From Actinobacteria bacterium 69-20 (lineage in GTDB: Bacteria; Actinomycetota; Actinomycetes; Mycobacteriales; Nakamurellaceae), in assembly GCA_001897425.1 (NCBI GenBank), contig MKSW01000036.1, forward strand, positions 158,218-222,217: a DNA stretch of 64,000 bases, in the 5' to 3' direction. The translations under genes and the position numbers were made by a program. The notes under the pieces are model-generated. The model was given only the letters and a program-made list of their open reading frames with translations. It had not been told where the DNA came from and did no database searches. Positions within the stretch are counted from its first letter, which is position 1, and each line of letters opens with the position of its first letter. Shown in pieces: positions 46,400 to 57,939 of this stretch.

Positions 46400-47803
46400 G
46401 TGACCAAGATCGTGATCATGGGGGGCGGCCCGGCGGGGTACGAGGCCGCCCTGGTCGCCGCGCAGTACGGCGGCGACGTGACACTCGTCGAACGGGACGC
46501 GCCGGGCGGTGCGTGCGTGCTCGCGGATTGCGTGCCGTCCAAGACGTTCATCGCGTCCGCGGGGGCACGGACCGCGGTGCGGGAGGCGGGGGATCTTGGC
46601 ATCGCGGTACCGCCCGACTCGGTGACGGTGGATCTGGCGGCGGTCAACGCCCGGGTCGCGGCGTTGGCCGCCGCCCAGTCCGAGGACATCGAATCCCGTC
46701 TCGTCACCGAGGGCGTCGACGTGATCCGCGGGACGGCCGAGTTGGCCGACGCGCAGCCGGGTCTCGCGCGCCACCGGGTCCGGATATCGACCGCGGACGG
46801 GGTGCGCACCGAACTCGACGCCGACGTCGTGCTCATCGCCACCGGCGCCTCTCCCCGGGTGCTGCCGGACGCCGTGCCGGACGGCGAGCGGATCCTGACC
46901 TGGCGTCAGGTCTACGCACTCACCGAACTGCCGGAGCACCTGATCGTCGTCGGTTCCGGGGTGACGGGGGCGGAGTTCGCGTCGGCGTACACGGAGATCG
47001 GCGTGCCGGTGACGTTGGTGTCCAGTCGCGATCGGGTGCTCCCGGGCGAGGACGCCGACGCGGCAGCGGTGCTGGAGGCCGTGTTCCTGGAACGTGGTGT
47101 GCGCCTGGCGAAACGCTCACGGGCGGAGGCGGTGCGGCGCGACGGCGACGGTGTCGTCGTGCGGCTGGCCGGCGGCGAGGAGATCCGCGGCTCGCATGCG
47201 CTGATGACGGTCGGGTCGGTGCCCAATGCCGACGGTATCGGTCTGGAGCGGGTGGGGTGTGCCACCGGGCCGGGCGGCTTCATCCAGGTCGATCGCGTGT
47301 CGCGGACGTCGGTCGCCGGGATCTACGCGGCGGGGGACTGCGCGGGCGTGTTGATGCTGGCGTCCGTGGCGGCGATGCAGGGCCGGATCGCGATATGGCA
47401 CGCGCTCGGCGAAGGTGCGCCGCCGCTGAAGCGGAAGTTGGTGTCCGCCAATGTCTTCACGCATCCGGAGATCGCGACGGTCGGGGTTTCTCAGGCCGAG
47501 GTCGACGCGGGCACGGTGCCGGCCCGGGTGCTGATGCTGCCGCTGGCGACGAACGCGCGGTCGAAGATGCGTGAGCTACACCATGGGTTCGTCAAGCTGA
47601 TCGTGCGGCCGGCGACCGGGATCGTGATCGGCGGCGTGGTGGTCGGGCCGGAGGCCTCGGAGCTGATCCTGGCGATCGCGGTCGCCGTGCAGAACCGGCT
47701 CACCGTCAAGAATCTCGCGTACACGTTCAGCGTCTATCCGTCGCTCTCCGGCTCGATCACGGAACTCGCGCGGCAGTTGATGGCCGAGGACGATTTGGGC
47801 TGA
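46400..47803 (+). CDS. lpdA: NAD(P)H-quinone dehydrogenase LpdA-like flavoprotein (Rv3303c-like)
   Basis: GGGPAGYEAA, CVLADCVPSK, GSGVTGAEFA and YAAGD. The C-terminal YPSLSGS has no HPTxxE dyad. Divergent from the cyclotransferase, as in mycobacteria. Confidence 0.9.
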   Translation: MTKIVIMGGGPAGYEAALVAAQYGGDVTLVERDAPGGACVLADCVPSKTFIASAGARTAVREAGDLGIAVPPDSVTVDLAAVNARVAALAAAQSEDIESRLVTEGVDVIRGTAELADAQPGLARHRVRISTADGVRTELDADVVLIATGASPRVLPDAVPDGERILTWRQVYALTELPEHLIVVGSGVTGAEFASAYTEIGVPVTLVSSRDRVLPGEDADAAAVLEAVFLERGVRLAKRSRAEAVRRDGDGVVVRLAGGEEIRGSHALMTVGSVPNADGIGLERVGCATGPGGFIQVDRVSRTSVAGIYAAGDCAGVLMLASVAAMQGRIAIWHALGEGAPPLKRKLVSANVFTHPEIATVGVSQAEVDAGTVPARVLMLPLATNARSKMRELHHGFVKLIVRPATGIVIGGVVVGPEASELILAIAVAVQNRLTVKNLAYTFSVYPSLSGSITELARQLMAEDDLG

Positions 47804-47849
47804 GACCGAACCGCGGCGGACCGCCGGCACTGGTCGAAACGGCCGGCGC

Positions 47850-49364
47850 TCAGCTACCGTCGGCCCAGTCGAAGGTGCGGGTGACGGCCTTGCGCCAGGT
47901 GGCGAGCAGGCGCTCGCGCTCGGCGGCGGACAGCCGCGGCTCCCATCGGCCGCCCTCGGCCCAGTGCTGGCGGATCTCGTCGGTGGAGGACCAGAACCCG
48001 ACCGCCAGCCCGGCCGCATAGGCAGCGCCGAGCGCGGTGGTCTCGGTGATCTGGGGGCGGACGACGGGCACGCCGAGGATGTCGGCCTGAAATTGCATCA
48101 GCGTGTCGTTGACGACCATGCCGCCGTCGACCTTGAGGGTGGTCAGCGGCACGCCGGAGTCCGCGTTCATGGCGTCGACCACCTCCCGGGTCTGGAAGGC
48201 GGTCGCCTCCAGCGCGGCCCGCGCCAGGTGCGCCTTGGTCGCGAACCGGGTCAGGCCCACGATGGCGCCCCGGGCATCGGGACGCCAGTACGGCGCGAAC
48301 AGGCCCGAGAACGCGGGCACGACGTAGACGCCGCCGTTGTCCGGAACGGTCAGAGCGAGCGGTTCGATGTCGTCCGCGCTATCGATGATGCCGAGGTTGT
48401 CCCGCAGCCACTGCACCAGCGAGCCGGTGACGGCGATGGAGCCTTCCAGCGCGTAGATGGGCGCGAAGTCGCCCAGCCGGTAGCAGACCGTGGTCAACAG
48501 CCCGTGCCGGCTGAAGACGGGCTCCGTTCCGGTGTTCAGCAGCAGGAAATTGCCGGTGCCGTAGGTGTTCTTGGCCTCGCCCGGCTCCAGACACGCCTGG
48601 CCGAAGGTGGCGGCCTGCTGGTCGCCCAGGATTCCGGCGAGGGGTATTCCGGCGAAGGCCGCGGGCGTCGTCATCGCCGCGATCACCGCGGAACTGGACC
48701 GGATGGACGGCAACATCGCCAGCGGCACGCCGATCTCGGCCGCGATCTCGACATCCCATTGGAGCGTGCGCAGATCCATCAGCATGGTGCGGGACGCGTT
48801 GGTGACGTCCGTGACGTGGATGCCGCCGCGCGGACCCCCGGTCAGCCGCCACACCAGGTACGAGTCGATGGTGCCGGCCAGGAGCTCGCCCGCCTCGGCC
48901 CGGGCGCGCGCACCGGCGACATTGTCGAGGATCCAGCGGATCTTCGGCGCCGCGAAGTACGTGGCGAGCGGCAGTCCCACGCGCTCGCGGTAGCGGTCGG
49001 CGCCGCCGCCCAGCCGGCCCAGATCCCGGCAGATCTCCGCCGTCCGGGTGTCCTGCCACACGATGGCCGGGTGGACGGCCTGCCCGGTGGCTCGGTCCCA
49101 CACAACGGTGGTCTCGCGCTGGTTGGTCACGCCGACCGCCGCGATGTCCGCCGCCGTCGCTCCGGCTGCATCGAGTGCCCCGACCATCACTTCCTGTGTG
49201 CGGAGCCAGATCTCGTCCGGGTCATGCTCCACCCAGCCCGCGCGCGGGAAGATCTGCCGATGGTCCCGGCCCACCCGGGCCGCCACCCGCCCACGCTCGT
49301 CGAAGAGCATGCATCGGGTCGACGTGGTGCCCTGATCGATTGCCGCCACGTACCGTGCCGTCAT
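47850..49364 (-). CDS. glpK: Glycerol kinase
   Basis: [32 protein letters not shown] and VDGG. Start at MTARYV (the ORF track over-extends). Confidence 0.97.
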   Translation of the reverse strand: MTARYVAAIDQGTTSTRCMLFDERGRVAARVGRDHRQIFPRAGWVEHDPDEIWLRTQEVMVGALDAAGATAADIAAVGVTNQRETTVVWDRATGQAVHPAIVWQDTRTAEICRDLGRLGGGADRYRERVGLPLATYFAAPKIRWILDNVAGARARAEAGELLAGTIDSYLVWRLTGGPRGGIHVTDVTNASRTMLMDLRTLQWDVEIAAEIGVPLAMLPSIRSSSAVIAAMTTPAAFAGIPLAGILGDQQAATFGQACLEPGEAKNTYGTGNFLLLNTGTEPVFSRHGLLTTVCYRLGDFAPIYALEGSIAVTGSLVQWLRDNLGIIDSADDIEPLALTVPDNGGVYVVPAFSGLFAPYWRPDARGAIVGLTRFATKAHLARAALEATAFQTREVVDAMNADSGVPLTTLKVDGGMVVNDTLMQFQADILGVPVVRPQITETTALGAAYAAGLAVGFWSSTDEIRQHWAEGGRWEPRLSAAERERLLATWRKAVTRTFDWADGS

Positions 49365-49485
49365 CGCCGCCCTGACCTCCTCGCTGACCTTGTCCCGGAC
49401 ATCCTCCAGGGCGGCCCGCGCAGATAGGTCGGCCCCGCGCCGCGCCCGTACCGGACGGTAGCCTAAGCGGAGACGGAGGTGGGCA

Positions 49486-51225
49486 GTGGTGTGGGCAGAT
49501 AGGGCACTGGCCGGGAAATTGGGGCCTGCCGAGCGCGCGGCCAACGCAGCGCGGGTGGCCGGCGGATCGTTCGACGTGGTCGTGATCGGCGGCGGCGTGG
49601 TGGGCACCGGGGTGGCGCTGGATGCCGTCACGCGCGGCTTATCCGTCGCGCTGTTCGAATCGCGGGATATCGCCTCCGGGACGTCGTCACGGTCGTCGAA
49701 GCTGTTCCACGGCGGGCTGCGGTATCTGGAGATGCTCGAGTTCGGCCTGGTCCGCGAGGCGCTCGCTGAACGCGAGCTGATGCTCACCACGCTGTGCCCG
49801 CACCTGGCCAGGCCGGTCTCGTTCCTCTACCCGCTCAAGACGCGGCTCGTTGAGCGGCCCTATGTCGAGGTGGGGCTGCAGCTCTACGACCGGCTCGGCG
49901 GCGCGCGCTCGGTTCCGCGGCACCGGCAGTTGACTAGGGCCGGGGCGCTGCGGCTGTGCCCGGCTCTGAAGAAGGAGGCGCTGATCGGCGGGGTTCACTA
50001 CTTCGACGGGCAGGTCGATGACGCGCGGCACACGCTCACGGTCGCGCGCACGGCGGCCGGCTACGGCGCGGTGATCCAGCCGTCGACGCAGGTGGTCGGC
50101 TTTCTGCGGGAGGCCGACCGGGTCGCCGGGGTGCGCGTCCGGGACGTGGAGACCGGGGTCGAGTCGGCCGTGTCGGCGGGCGTGGTGGTGAACGCGACCG
50201 GTGTGTGGACGGACGAGTTGCAGCACCTCGCCGGCAGCCGCGGCCGGTTCCGGGTGCGGGCGTCGAAGGGCGTGCACCTGGTGGTGCCGCGCGATCGGAT
50301 TCCCAGCGAGACCGGGCTGATCCTGCGCACCGAGACGAGCGTGCTGTTCGTGATCCCGTGGAAATCGCATTGGATCATCGGCACTACGGACACCGACTGG
50401 AACCTGGATCTCGCACATCCCGCCGCGACGTCGGCCGACATCGAGTACCTGCTGACCCAGGTCAACTCGGTGTTGGTGACGCCGATCACGCTGGAGGATA
50501 TCGAGGGCGTGTACGCCGGACTGCGGCCGCTGCTCGCGGGGGAGAGCGAGTCGACGTCGAAGCTGTCCCGCGAGCATGCGGTGGCGCGGGTCGCGCCGGG
50601 CCTTGTCGCGATCGCCGGCGGCAAGTACACGACCTACCGGGTGATGGCCGCCGACGCGGTGGATATGGCGGCGGAGGAGCTGCCGGGCCGGATCAATCCG
50701 TCGTGTACCCGGCAGGTTCCGCTGCTCGGCGCGGACGGGTACCACGCGCTCGTCAACCAGACCGATCAGCTCGCGGCCGCTAGCGGCGTGCACCCCTACC
50801 GCATCAAACACCTGCTCGGCCGCTACGGCAGCGCCATCCACGAGGTGCTGGCACTGGCCGAGACCGATCGGTCGTTGCTATCGCCGTTGCCCGGCGCTCC
50901 GGACTACCTGGAGGTCGAGGCGTTGTACGCGGTGACCCACGAGGGCGCGCTGCACGTCGAGGACGTGCTCGCCCGGCGCACCCGGATCTCCATCGAATAC
51001 TCGAATCGCGGCACCGAAGCCGTCGGCCGCGTCGCCGAACTCATGGCGCCGGTGCTGGGCTGGTCGTCGGACCAGACCGCGACCGAGGTCGCCAGCTACC
51101 TCGCGCGGGTGGACGCGGAACGGCGCTCGCAGATCGAGCCGGATGATGCCTCCGCCGACGAGGTCCGCCTGCACGCGCCGGACATCCGTGGCCGGCTCAC
51201 CGAATCGGCGGCATCGCCTGCATGA
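49486..51225 (+). CDS. glpD: FAD-dependent glycerol-3-phosphate dehydrogenase
   Basis: [35 protein letters not shown] and GGKYTTYR. Confidence 0.96.
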   Translation: MVWADRALAGKLGPAERAANAARVAGGSFDVVVIGGGVVGTGVALDAVTRGLSVALFESRDIASGTSSRSSKLFHGGLRYLEMLEFGLVREALAERELMLTTLCPHLARPVSFLYPLKTRLVERPYVEVGLQLYDRLGGARSVPRHRQLTRAGALRLCPALKKEALIGGVHYFDGQVDDARHTLTVARTAAGYGAVIQPSTQVVGFLREADRVAGVRVRDVETGVESAVSAGVVVNATGVWTDELQHLAGSRGRFRVRASKGVHLVVPRDRIPSETGLILRTETSVLFVIPWKSHWIIGTTDTDWNLDLAHPAATSADIEYLLTQVNSVLVTPITLEDIEGVYAGLRPLLAGESESTSKLSREHAVARVAPGLVAIAGGKYTTYRVMAADAVDMAAEELPGRINPSCTRQVPLLGADGYHALVNQTDQLAAASGVHPYRIKHLLGRYGSAIHEVLALAETDRSLLSPLPGAPDYLEVEALYAVTHEGALHVEDVLARRTRISIEYSNRGTEAVGRVAELMAPVLGWSSDQTATEVASYLARVDAERRSQIEPDDASADEVRLHAPDIRGRLTESAASPA

Positions 51226-51968
51226 CAGCGCCCCGCCGCCCGGTGCCGGCCGCCGCGGCGGCACTGGTCCTCGCGATCAGCGCCGTCGCGGTGGCATTGG
51301 TGGCGATCATCGCGAGCCGCGCCGGACCCCTGGTGGCGCATCCACCGACGGCGGAACCCCGTGTGCCGCAACCGATCGAGGCGCCGACCCTGCCCACCGT
51401 GACCATGACGACGTTCCCTCCGCAGCAGCAGGAGCCGCCCAGCGGTGATTGGTTGTGGTGGATCGCCGCGGTCCTGGCCGGGCTCATCGTGATCGCCCTG
51501 GTGGCCTGGCTTGTTCGCGCCCTCCGCCGCCCGGCCCGGATTGCGCCGCACCTCGGCGGGGTCGCACCGGCCGCTGCCGTGGACGCCGTACTCGGGTCGA
51601 TCGCCGACACTCCGCCGGTCGACATCGGGGACGAGCGCACCTTCGACCCGGAACGCTCGGCGGACGACATCATCGCCACGTGGGTGGCCGTCGAGAAGGT
51701 CGCCGTGATCCTCGGGCACCGCCGCCGGTCCGCCAGCACGCCGACGGAGTTCCTGCGGGCGTTGACCGAGGAATTCGGCGATCCGGCGTTCGATGATCCA
51801 GCGTTCGGTGGGAGCGCCGCCGACGTCCTGCTCGGCCTCTACCACCGCGCGCGCTTCGACACGGCTGCGCTCGCGCCCGGTGCCGCCACCGCCGCCCGCG
51901 TCGCCGCGCGCACACTGCTCGCGACGTGGGATCGCACCGAACGCCCGCGACCGGGGGCCCACCGATGA
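51222..51968 (+). CDS. DUF4129-domain membrane protein
   Basis: Two TM segments and C-terminal TPTEFL...LYHRARF. Confidence 0.8.
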   Translation: MTAPRRPVPAAAAALVLAISAVAVALVAIIASRAGPLVAHPPTAEPRVPQPIEAPTLPTVTMTTFPPQQQEPPSGDWLWWIAAVLAGLIVIALVAWLVRALRRPARIAPHLGGVAPAAAVDAVLGSIADTPPVDIGDERTFDPERSADDIIATWVAVEKVAVILGHRRRSASTPTEFLRALTEEFGDPAFDDPAFGGSAADVLLGLYHRARFDTAALAPGAATAARVAARTLLATWDRTERPRPGAHR

Positions 51969-52687
51969 CGCCCCGCCCGGCGGCACAGCGACCGGCACAG
52001 CGGCGCGGCCGCGGCCTGGCCCGCTCGCTCGGTGGACGCGGACCCGCGCCGGCGGGCGCACGAATCGACCCCGCCGACCAGACACCCTTCGTAGAAAGGG
52101 ATGTCGACGAGACGCCTCCGTGGCGGCATGTGGCGTGGCCGATCATCGTCACGGTTGTCGGAGGCGTCGGCATGTTCACGGGCGGCGTCCCCCCGTGGCG
52201 CGCGGTGGTGATCGCCGTCGGGGCGGGGCTCGCTCTCTGGACGGTGATCGTCTCGTTCGCGGTGCGCCGGATCGACTGGTATGACGATGTTCCGGGGTCC
52301 ACGTATCGATCCGCCACGCCCTGGGAGGTGCCCGGGCTGGCCGGCGCGCGCGAATCGGCGGAGGCGTTCGAGCTGTATCTGCGTCCGCGGCTGTGGTCGC
52401 TCGCGCAGGACCTGCTGCGCCGCCGCGGCATCGAGCCGGACTCAGCGCGGGCTCGCGAGCTTGTCGGTGAACGGGAATTCGCCCTTCTGTCCGGCATCGA
52501 CCGGAATCCACGCCGCACCACTGCCTCCGTATCAGTGCTCTGCCAGGTGATCGCTCGGCTGGCCGTCGCGCCGCTCCCCGGCAGCGCGCCCGCTATGGCG
52601 AATCCGGCTCTGAAAGGATTGGCCGGCGCCGCGGTCTCGCGCGTCCCGCTCGCCGCGCAGCACACCACGGAAGGACCCCGGCCATGA
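51965..52687 (+). CDS. Hypothetical membrane protein
   Basis: Two hydrophobic helices. Start and stop overlap the neighbours in the operon. Confidence 0.7.
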   Translation: MTPRPAAQRPAQRRGRGLARSLGGRGPAPAGARIDPADQTPFVERDVDETPPWRHVAWPIIVTVVGGVGMFTGGVPPWRAVVIAVGAGLALWTVIVSFAVRRIDWYDDVPGSTYRSATPWEVPGLAGARESAEAFELYLRPRLWSLAQDLLRRRGIEPDSARARELVGEREFALLSGIDRNPRRTTASVSVLCQVIARLAVAPLPGSAPAMANPALKGLAGAAVSRVPLAAQHTTEGPRP

Positions 52688-53706
52688 CGACAAACCCCGC
52701 GACATCAATGCCGTCGACGAGCATCCTCTCGCCCGGTGAGGTCGCCGGCCGCGTCGGCGAGATCATGACCGCGGTGGGGCGGGCCGTGGTCGGTCTCGAT
52801 ACTGCTCTGCGGTTTTCCATGGCCGCGATCCTGGCCCGCGGTCACGTACTCATCGAGGACAATCCGGGTCTGGGCAAGACGCTGCTCGCGCGGTCCCTGG
52901 CCGGCGCGCTCGGCCTCGAATTCCGGCGACTGCAGTTCACCCCGGACCTGCTCCCCGCGGATATCACCGGGTCCTACCTGTACCACCCCGCCGCGGGCGA
53001 GTTCCGGTTCCAGCCCGGCCCGATCTTCTGCGGGCTGCTGCTGGCCGACGAACTGAATCGCACCCCGCCGAAGACTCAGTCGGCGCTGCTGGAGGCCATG
53101 CAGGAGGGGCAGGTGAGCGTCGAGGGGCGCACCCATCGGCTGCCCGACCCCTTCTGCGTGATCGCGACCGCGAACCAGATCGAGTACGAGGGCACCTACC
53201 CGTTGCCCGAGGCGCAGCTGGATCGCTTCCTCGTGCGTCTTCGCCTCGGCTACCCGTCCGGCGACGCCGAACAGGAGATGCTGCGCCGCCGGATCGCGCG
53301 CGCCGCAGGCGATCCCGCGGTTCCGCCGGTGACAGGCCCCGCCGGGCTGACGCAGCTGTGTGAATCCGTCGAGCAGGTGCGCATCGACGAAGACGTGCTG
53401 GGCTACTGCGTGGATCTGGCCCGCGCCAGCCGCACGCACAGCGCGGTCGAGGTCGGCATCTCGCCGCGCGGAACCCAGGCACTGCTGCTGCTCGCACGGG
53501 CGTGGGCGGTGGTCTCCGGTCGCGGCTTCGTGCTGCCCGAGGACGTGAAGCAGGTGGCCGGCCCGGCCTGGAGCCACCGTCTGGTGCTCAAGCTGCAGGC
53601 GTATGCGGACGCCGTCACCGGCGAGGGCGTGGTCGCCGAACTGCTCGGGAGTGTGCCCGCTCCGCCGGCCGACCGCATCGTCGCGGCGCACCACGGTCCG
53701 TCGTGA
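52684..53706 (+). CDS. MoxR-family AAA+ ATPase
   Basis: IEDNPGLGKT, QFTPDLLPADITG, DELNRTPPKTQSALLEAM and GTYPLPEAQLDRF. Confidence 0.95.
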   Translation: MTTNPATSMPSTSILSPGEVAGRVGEIMTAVGRAVVGLDTALRFSMAAILARGHVLIEDNPGLGKTLLARSLAGALGLEFRRLQFTPDLLPADITGSYLYHPAAGEFRFQPGPIFCGLLLADELNRTPPKTQSALLEAMQEGQVSVEGRTHRLPDPFCVIATANQIEYEGTYPLPEAQLDRFLVRLRLGYPSGDAEQEMLRRRIARAAGDPAVPPVTGPAGLTQLCESVEQVRIDEDVLGYCVDLARASRTHSAVEVGISPRGTQALLLLARAWAVVSGRGFVLPEDVKQVAGPAWSHRLVLKLQAYADAVTGEGVVAELLGSVPAPPADRIVAAHHGPS

Positions 53707-55124
53707 CCTCGCCGGCAGCCGGGCAGCGCGCATCCCGCGGCGGCTGGCACCGCACGGCGGCGTGGTACCGCGTGCCCGGGGTGACCGCCCTCGCGGTCGG
53801 GTTGGGGGTCGCATTCGGCAGGCCCGACCTGGTGCTACTGGCCGCGCCGCTGTTGCTCGGGTGGGCGGCGGCGCTGCTCGCCGGCCGGCATCTGGTCGGG
53901 CGGCCGGCGCCGCGGGCCGTCTCCGTCGTCGATGCGGAGTCCTTCGGCAACAATGCCGCGGACGTCGTCACGACCGTCATCGGCGGTGACGGCGTCGAGT
54001 TCGCGTCCGTCGCGCAGCCGGGCGAGGGCCGCGGCCCGATCGGCCGGATGGTCACGCTCGCCGGCGGCCCCGCGACGCGGACGATCCGGTCACGGTTCCG
54101 CACCACCGGCTGGGGCACAACCACCGTCGCGCGGCCCGATTCGCTCGGCGCCGGGCCGGACGGCCTGTACCTCGCCGGGCCGGTGCGACGCGCGCCTACC
54201 CGCACGGAGCTGATACTCCCTGCGGTGGTTGCGATTCCGCCGTTCACGCTGCCCCCGATCATCGGTGGCTGGGCGGGGGCGCACGTCAGCCGGCGTCCCG
54301 GGCAGGGCAGCGACCTGATCGACCTGCGCGAATACGCACCCGGCGACCGGCTGAGGTCCATCCATTGGCGGGCGTATGCGCGCCACGAGCGCCTCTACAC
54401 CACCCGGACGCTGTCCGATGCCGACGCCGAACTCATGATCTGCCTCGACCAGTCGGCCTACTTCGCCCCACGGCGTGTCGAGGGCGTGCGCGGCATGTGG
54501 CGTCGCGCCGCCCGGCGGGTGCGGGCGGCGATCGTGGCGGCGGTTGCGGCAGTGGACGCGCGCCGCGACCCGGCCGGCCACGCCGCGCGGGTCGACGCCG
54601 AGCGGCGGCTGCGCGCGACCAGTCTCGACCACGCCGTGGCCGCCGCGGCCGCGGTCGCCGCGGCCCACCTCGGGCAGGGGGATCGCGTCGGCGTAATGAC
54701 GGCGACCGTTCCCCGGCGACTGCTGCGGCCCGGCACCGGAAACCGTCAGCTGCAACGGATCCGGCATCAGCTCGCCCTGTTGGACGACCGCCGGACCCGC
54801 ATGCTGCAGGTCGCATGGTGGGGGTTGACGCCGGGGCAGATCGTCGTGTGGTGCTCCCCGTTGGTCACCCCGGCAGCGGTCCACGCCGCGATCGAGTGCG
54901 CCGCGCGCGGGCACCGCGTCATCGTGATCGACACCCTGCCATTCGCCGGGATGCTGGCGCGTGCCACGGCGGCCGACACCGATCACCTGCGAGTGCTGGC
55001 GGTGGAGCGGCAGCTGGAACTCGACCGGCTGCGCGGCAGGGGGATCGCGGTGATCAGCTGGGACGTGGGCGACCTTCCGGGCCAGATCGCCGAGGCGACT
55101 CGCGTCATGCGGGGCCGGCGATGA
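53703..55124 (+). CDS. DUF58-domain protein
   Basis: N-terminal TM, then GSDLIDLREYAPGDRLRSIHWRAYAR, LDQS and GDRVG. Confidence 0.88.
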   Translation: MTSPAAGQRASRGGWHRTAAWYRVPGVTALAVGLGVAFGRPDLVLLAAPLLLGWAAALLAGRHLVGRPAPRAVSVVDAESFGNNAADVVTTVIGGDGVEFASVAQPGEGRGPIGRMVTLAGGPATRTIRSRFRTTGWGTTTVARPDSLGAGPDGLYLAGPVRRAPTRTELILPAVVAIPPFTLPPIIGGWAGAHVSRRPGQGSDLIDLREYAPGDRLRSIHWRAYARHERLYTTRTLSDADAELMICLDQSAYFAPRRVEGVRGMWRRAARRVRAAIVAAVAAVDARRDPAGHAARVDAERRLRATSLDHAVAAAAAVAAAHLGQGDRVGVMTATVPRRLLRPGTGNRQLQRIRHQLALLDDRRTRMLQVAWWGLTPGQIVVWCSPLVTPAAVHAAIECAARGHRVIVIDTLPFAGMLARATAADTDHLRVLAVERQLELDRLRGRGIAVISWDVGDLPGQIAEATRVMRGRR

Positions 55125-55618
55125 GCGGGGCGGTCGCGGCGCCTGGTGTTTCGGATATGACGACGCTCGGCGCTGAGCGGGTACCGGTCGTCATGGCCGG
55201 TAGCGGATGGCGGACATGGCACGGCTGGATGCTGCGGGTGGTCCTCGGCCTCGCCGTCGGGGGCGCGCTCGCCATCGCCCTGCCCGGGGCGGCCGGGGTC
55301 GGCGTGTGGTCGGTGGCCGGGGTATCGATGCTGGCGGCCGGCATCGGCACGGTGCTCGCGCCGGGCACGGTGCTGCCGCTGCTGCTCCTGGTCGGCCTGG
55401 TGCTCTATCGATTCGCCGCGCCGGGGCCGGTGCTCGGAGCGTCGCTTGCCGTGCTGATGGCCCTGATCGCGCTCATCCACCAGGCGGCGGCTCTTGCCGC
55501 CGTCATTCCGCTGCGATCCGAATGCGAGTGGGCCGCACTGCGTCCCGCGCTCGTGCGCTACGCGGTGGCCGTCGCCGTATCGGGACTCGTCTACCTAGCG
55601 GCCGTTGCCGCGGCCTAA
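55121..55618 (+). CDS. Hypothetical membrane protein
   Basis: About 5 hydrophobic helices. ATGA overlap with the DUF58 stop. Confidence 0.7.
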   Translation: MSGAVAAPGVSDMTTLGAERVPVVMAGSGWRTWHGWMLRVVLGLAVGGALAIALPGAAGVGVWSVAGVSMLAAGIGTVLAPGTVLPLLLLVGLVLYRFAAPGPVLGASLAVLMALIALIHQAAALAAVIPLRSECEWAALRPALVRYAVAVAVSGLVYLAAVAAA

Positions 55619-56110
55619 CTCACCGCGGTGATGACGATCCACAGCGCGAGGCTCCTTCCAGTCCGGACCCCAGATCGCGCCGGCTGTCGCGGAGATCCCC
55701 GGGATCAGCAGGAACCACAGCCACGAGCCGGTGATGAAGAACAGGGCCAGCGCCACGAAGACGGACGCGGCCGCGGCGGCGCCGACGAGTTTCTGTGCGG
55801 CGCTGCGGGAATCCGCCGTCGGAACGGCGCCTGTCTGCTGCGGTGAACGCCGCCCGGATAGTCGATTCACTGTGCCGGTGTTTGCCGGCGCCGCGAGGGT
55901 CGAGGCCTGCATCGGCGCGACCGGATGGGGTTCCGGCAGGTCGTCGAACAGGGCGGTGAGATCCGCCGCGGTCTTCGCGACGGTCACCCGGGCGCTGCGC
56001 TCGCCGTATTCGTCGAGGGTGAGCCGACCGGCCGCCAGGTGCTCGCCGAGAGCTTCCAGCGCCGAGGTGCGCTCACGGTCGCCGACGCGCATCTCCCCAG
56101 GATTCGTCAC
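55595..56110 (-). CDS. DUF1707 (SHOCT-like) membrane protein
   Basis: RVGDRER...AGRLTLDEYGER...LFDDLP, with C-terminal TM helices. Confidence 0.88.
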   Translation of the reverse strand: MTNPGEMRVGDRERTSALEALGEHLAAGRLTLDEYGERSARVTVAKTAADLTALFDDLPEPHPVAPMQASTLAAPANTGTVNRLSGRRSPQQTGAVPTADSRSAAQKLVGAAAAASVFVALALFFITGSWLWFLLIPGISATAGAIWGPDWKEPRAVDRHHRGELGRGNGR

Positions 56111-56144
56111 ACCCGAAACTGTAACGGGGCCGGTCGGAGAGGCG

Positions 56145-57923
56145 TCAGCGGATCTCGACGAGGGCCGCCCCCGAGTTCACCGTCGCCCCCACCTCGACCG
56201 CGACACTTGTCACCGACCCGTCCTTGTGCGCGGTGACGGGGTTCTCCATCTTCATCGCCTCGACGACGACAACGAGATCACCTGCCGAGACGACGTCTCC
56301 GACGGCGACGGCGACCTTGACGACGGTGCCCTGCATGGGGGCCGTGACCGTGTCGCCGCTGCCGGCCGATGCCGCCGTCCGGCCGGTGCGCCGCGCGGTG
56401 CGGCCACGGCCGGGCACGGTCGCCGCGCGCCCGCCGAATCCGGGGAGGTCGGCCGGCAGCGACACCTCCACCCTGCGCCCGTTCACCTCGGCGACCACCG
56501 TCTGTCGCGGCGCCGGTCCGGCGGCGGAGGCTGGATCGTGCCCGCCCGCCGCGTCGCCATGGAACGGCTCGATGCCGCCCGCGAACTCGGTCTCGATCCA
56601 GCGGGTGTGCACGGCGAAGCCGCCGTCCGCCGCGGTGAACGCCGGATCGTCGACCACCGCCCGGTCGAATGGCAGCACCGTCGCCATGCCGTCGATCACG
56701 AACTCCGCGAGCGCCCGCCGGGACCGCTCGAGCGCCTCGGTCCGGTCGGCGCCGGTGACGATGAGCTTCGCGAGCATGGAGTCGAACGCGCCGCCGATCA
56801 CCGTTCCGGACTCCACCCCGGAGTCGACCCGTACCCCGGGCCCGGCCGGGGCGACGAACCGGGTGATGGTTCCGGGCGCCGGGAGGAATCCGCGGCCCGG
56901 GTCCTCACCGTTGATGCGGAACTCGATGGAATGCCCCCGGGGGGTGAGATCGGTTGTCCAGCGGAGTTTTTCGCCGGCAGCGACGCGGAACTGCTCCCGC
57001 ACCAGGTCGATGCCGCTGGTCTCTTCGGAGACCGGATGCTCCACCTGCAGCCGGGTGTTCACCTCCAGGAACGAGATCAACCCGTCCTGACCGACCAGGA
57101 ATTCAACGGTTCCCGCGTTGTAGTAGCCCGCCTCGCGGCAGATGGCCTTGGCCGACTCGTGGATGGTGGTGCGCTGCTCGTCAGTGAGGAACGGGGCCGG
57201 CGCCTCCTCGACGAGCTTCTGGTACCGGCGCTGCAGCGAACAGTCGCGGGTGCCGACCACGATCACCGTGCCGTGCATGTCGCCGAGAACCTGTGCCTCG
57301 ACGTGCCGCGGCTTGTCGAGATACCGCTCCACGTAACATTCCCCGCGGCCGAATGCCGTCACCGCCTCGCGCACGGCCGATTCGTAGAGTTCCGGGATCT
57401 CCGCCATGGTCCGGGCCACCTTCATGCCCCGCCCACCGCCGCCGAACGCTGCCTTGATGGCCACCGGCAAGCCGTACTGTCCCGCGAATGCCAGCACCTC
57501 GTCGGCGCCGGAGACGGGATCCGGAGTCCCGGGGACCAGCGGCGCACCCGCCCGCATGGCGATGTGCCGCGCGGTGACCTTGTCGCCGAGGTCGCGGATC
57601 GACTGGGGGCTCGGACCGATCCAGGTCAGGCCCGCGTCGATCACGGCCTGCGCGAAATCCGCGTTCTCGGACAGGAACCCGTAGCCGGGATGCACCGCGT
57701 CAGCGTCGGCCCGGGCCGCGACATCCAAGATCTTCGCCGCGTCGAGATAGGAATCCCGCGGCCCGACGCCGCCGAGCGCATACGCCTCGTCGGCCGCCCG
57801 CACGTGTGGAGCATCCCGATCCGGCTCCGCGTACACCGCGACCGACCGCAGGCCGGCATCGCGCGCGGCCCGCGCCACACGGACAGCGATCTCGCTCCTG
57901 TTTGCGATCAGTACGGTGTGCAT
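56145..57923 (-). CDS. accA3: Acyl-CoA carboxylase alpha subunit (biotin carboxylase plus BCCP)
   Basis: [44 protein letters not shown] and the EAMKM biotin site. Confidence 0.95.
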   Translation of the reverse strand: MHTVLIANRSEIAVRVARAARDAGLRSVAVYAEPDRDAPHVRAADEAYALGGVGPRDSYLDAAKILDVAARADADAVHPGYGFLSENADFAQAVIDAGLTWIGPSPQSIRDLGDKVTARHIAMRAGAPLVPGTPDPVSGADEVLAFAGQYGLPVAIKAAFGGGGRGMKVARTMAEIPELYESAVREAVTAFGRGECYVERYLDKPRHVEAQVLGDMHGTVIVVGTRDCSLQRRYQKLVEEAPAPFLTDEQRTTIHESAKAICREAGYYNAGTVEFLVGQDGLISFLEVNTRLQVEHPVSEETSGIDLVREQFRVAAGEKLRWTTDLTPRGHSIEFRINGEDPGRGFLPAPGTITRFVAPAGPGVRVDSGVESGTVIGGAFDSMLAKLIVTGADRTEALERSRRALAEFVIDGMATVLPFDRAVVDDPAFTAADGGFAVHTRWIETEFAGGIEPFHGDAAGGHDPASAAGPAPRQTVVAEVNGRRVEVSLPADLPGFGGRAATVPGRGRTARRTGRTAASAGSGDTVTAPMQGTVVKVAVAVGDVVSAGDLVVVVEAMKMENPVTAHKDGSVTSVAVEVGATVNSGAALVEIR

Positions 57924-57939
57924 CGTGTCTCTCTCCTGA

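Noticed and set aside
46400-47803. lpdA as the E3 of the pdhABC operon
   Set aside because: It lacks the HPTxxE catalytic dyad and sits in the conserved Rv3303c position. Kept only as a variant worth assaying.
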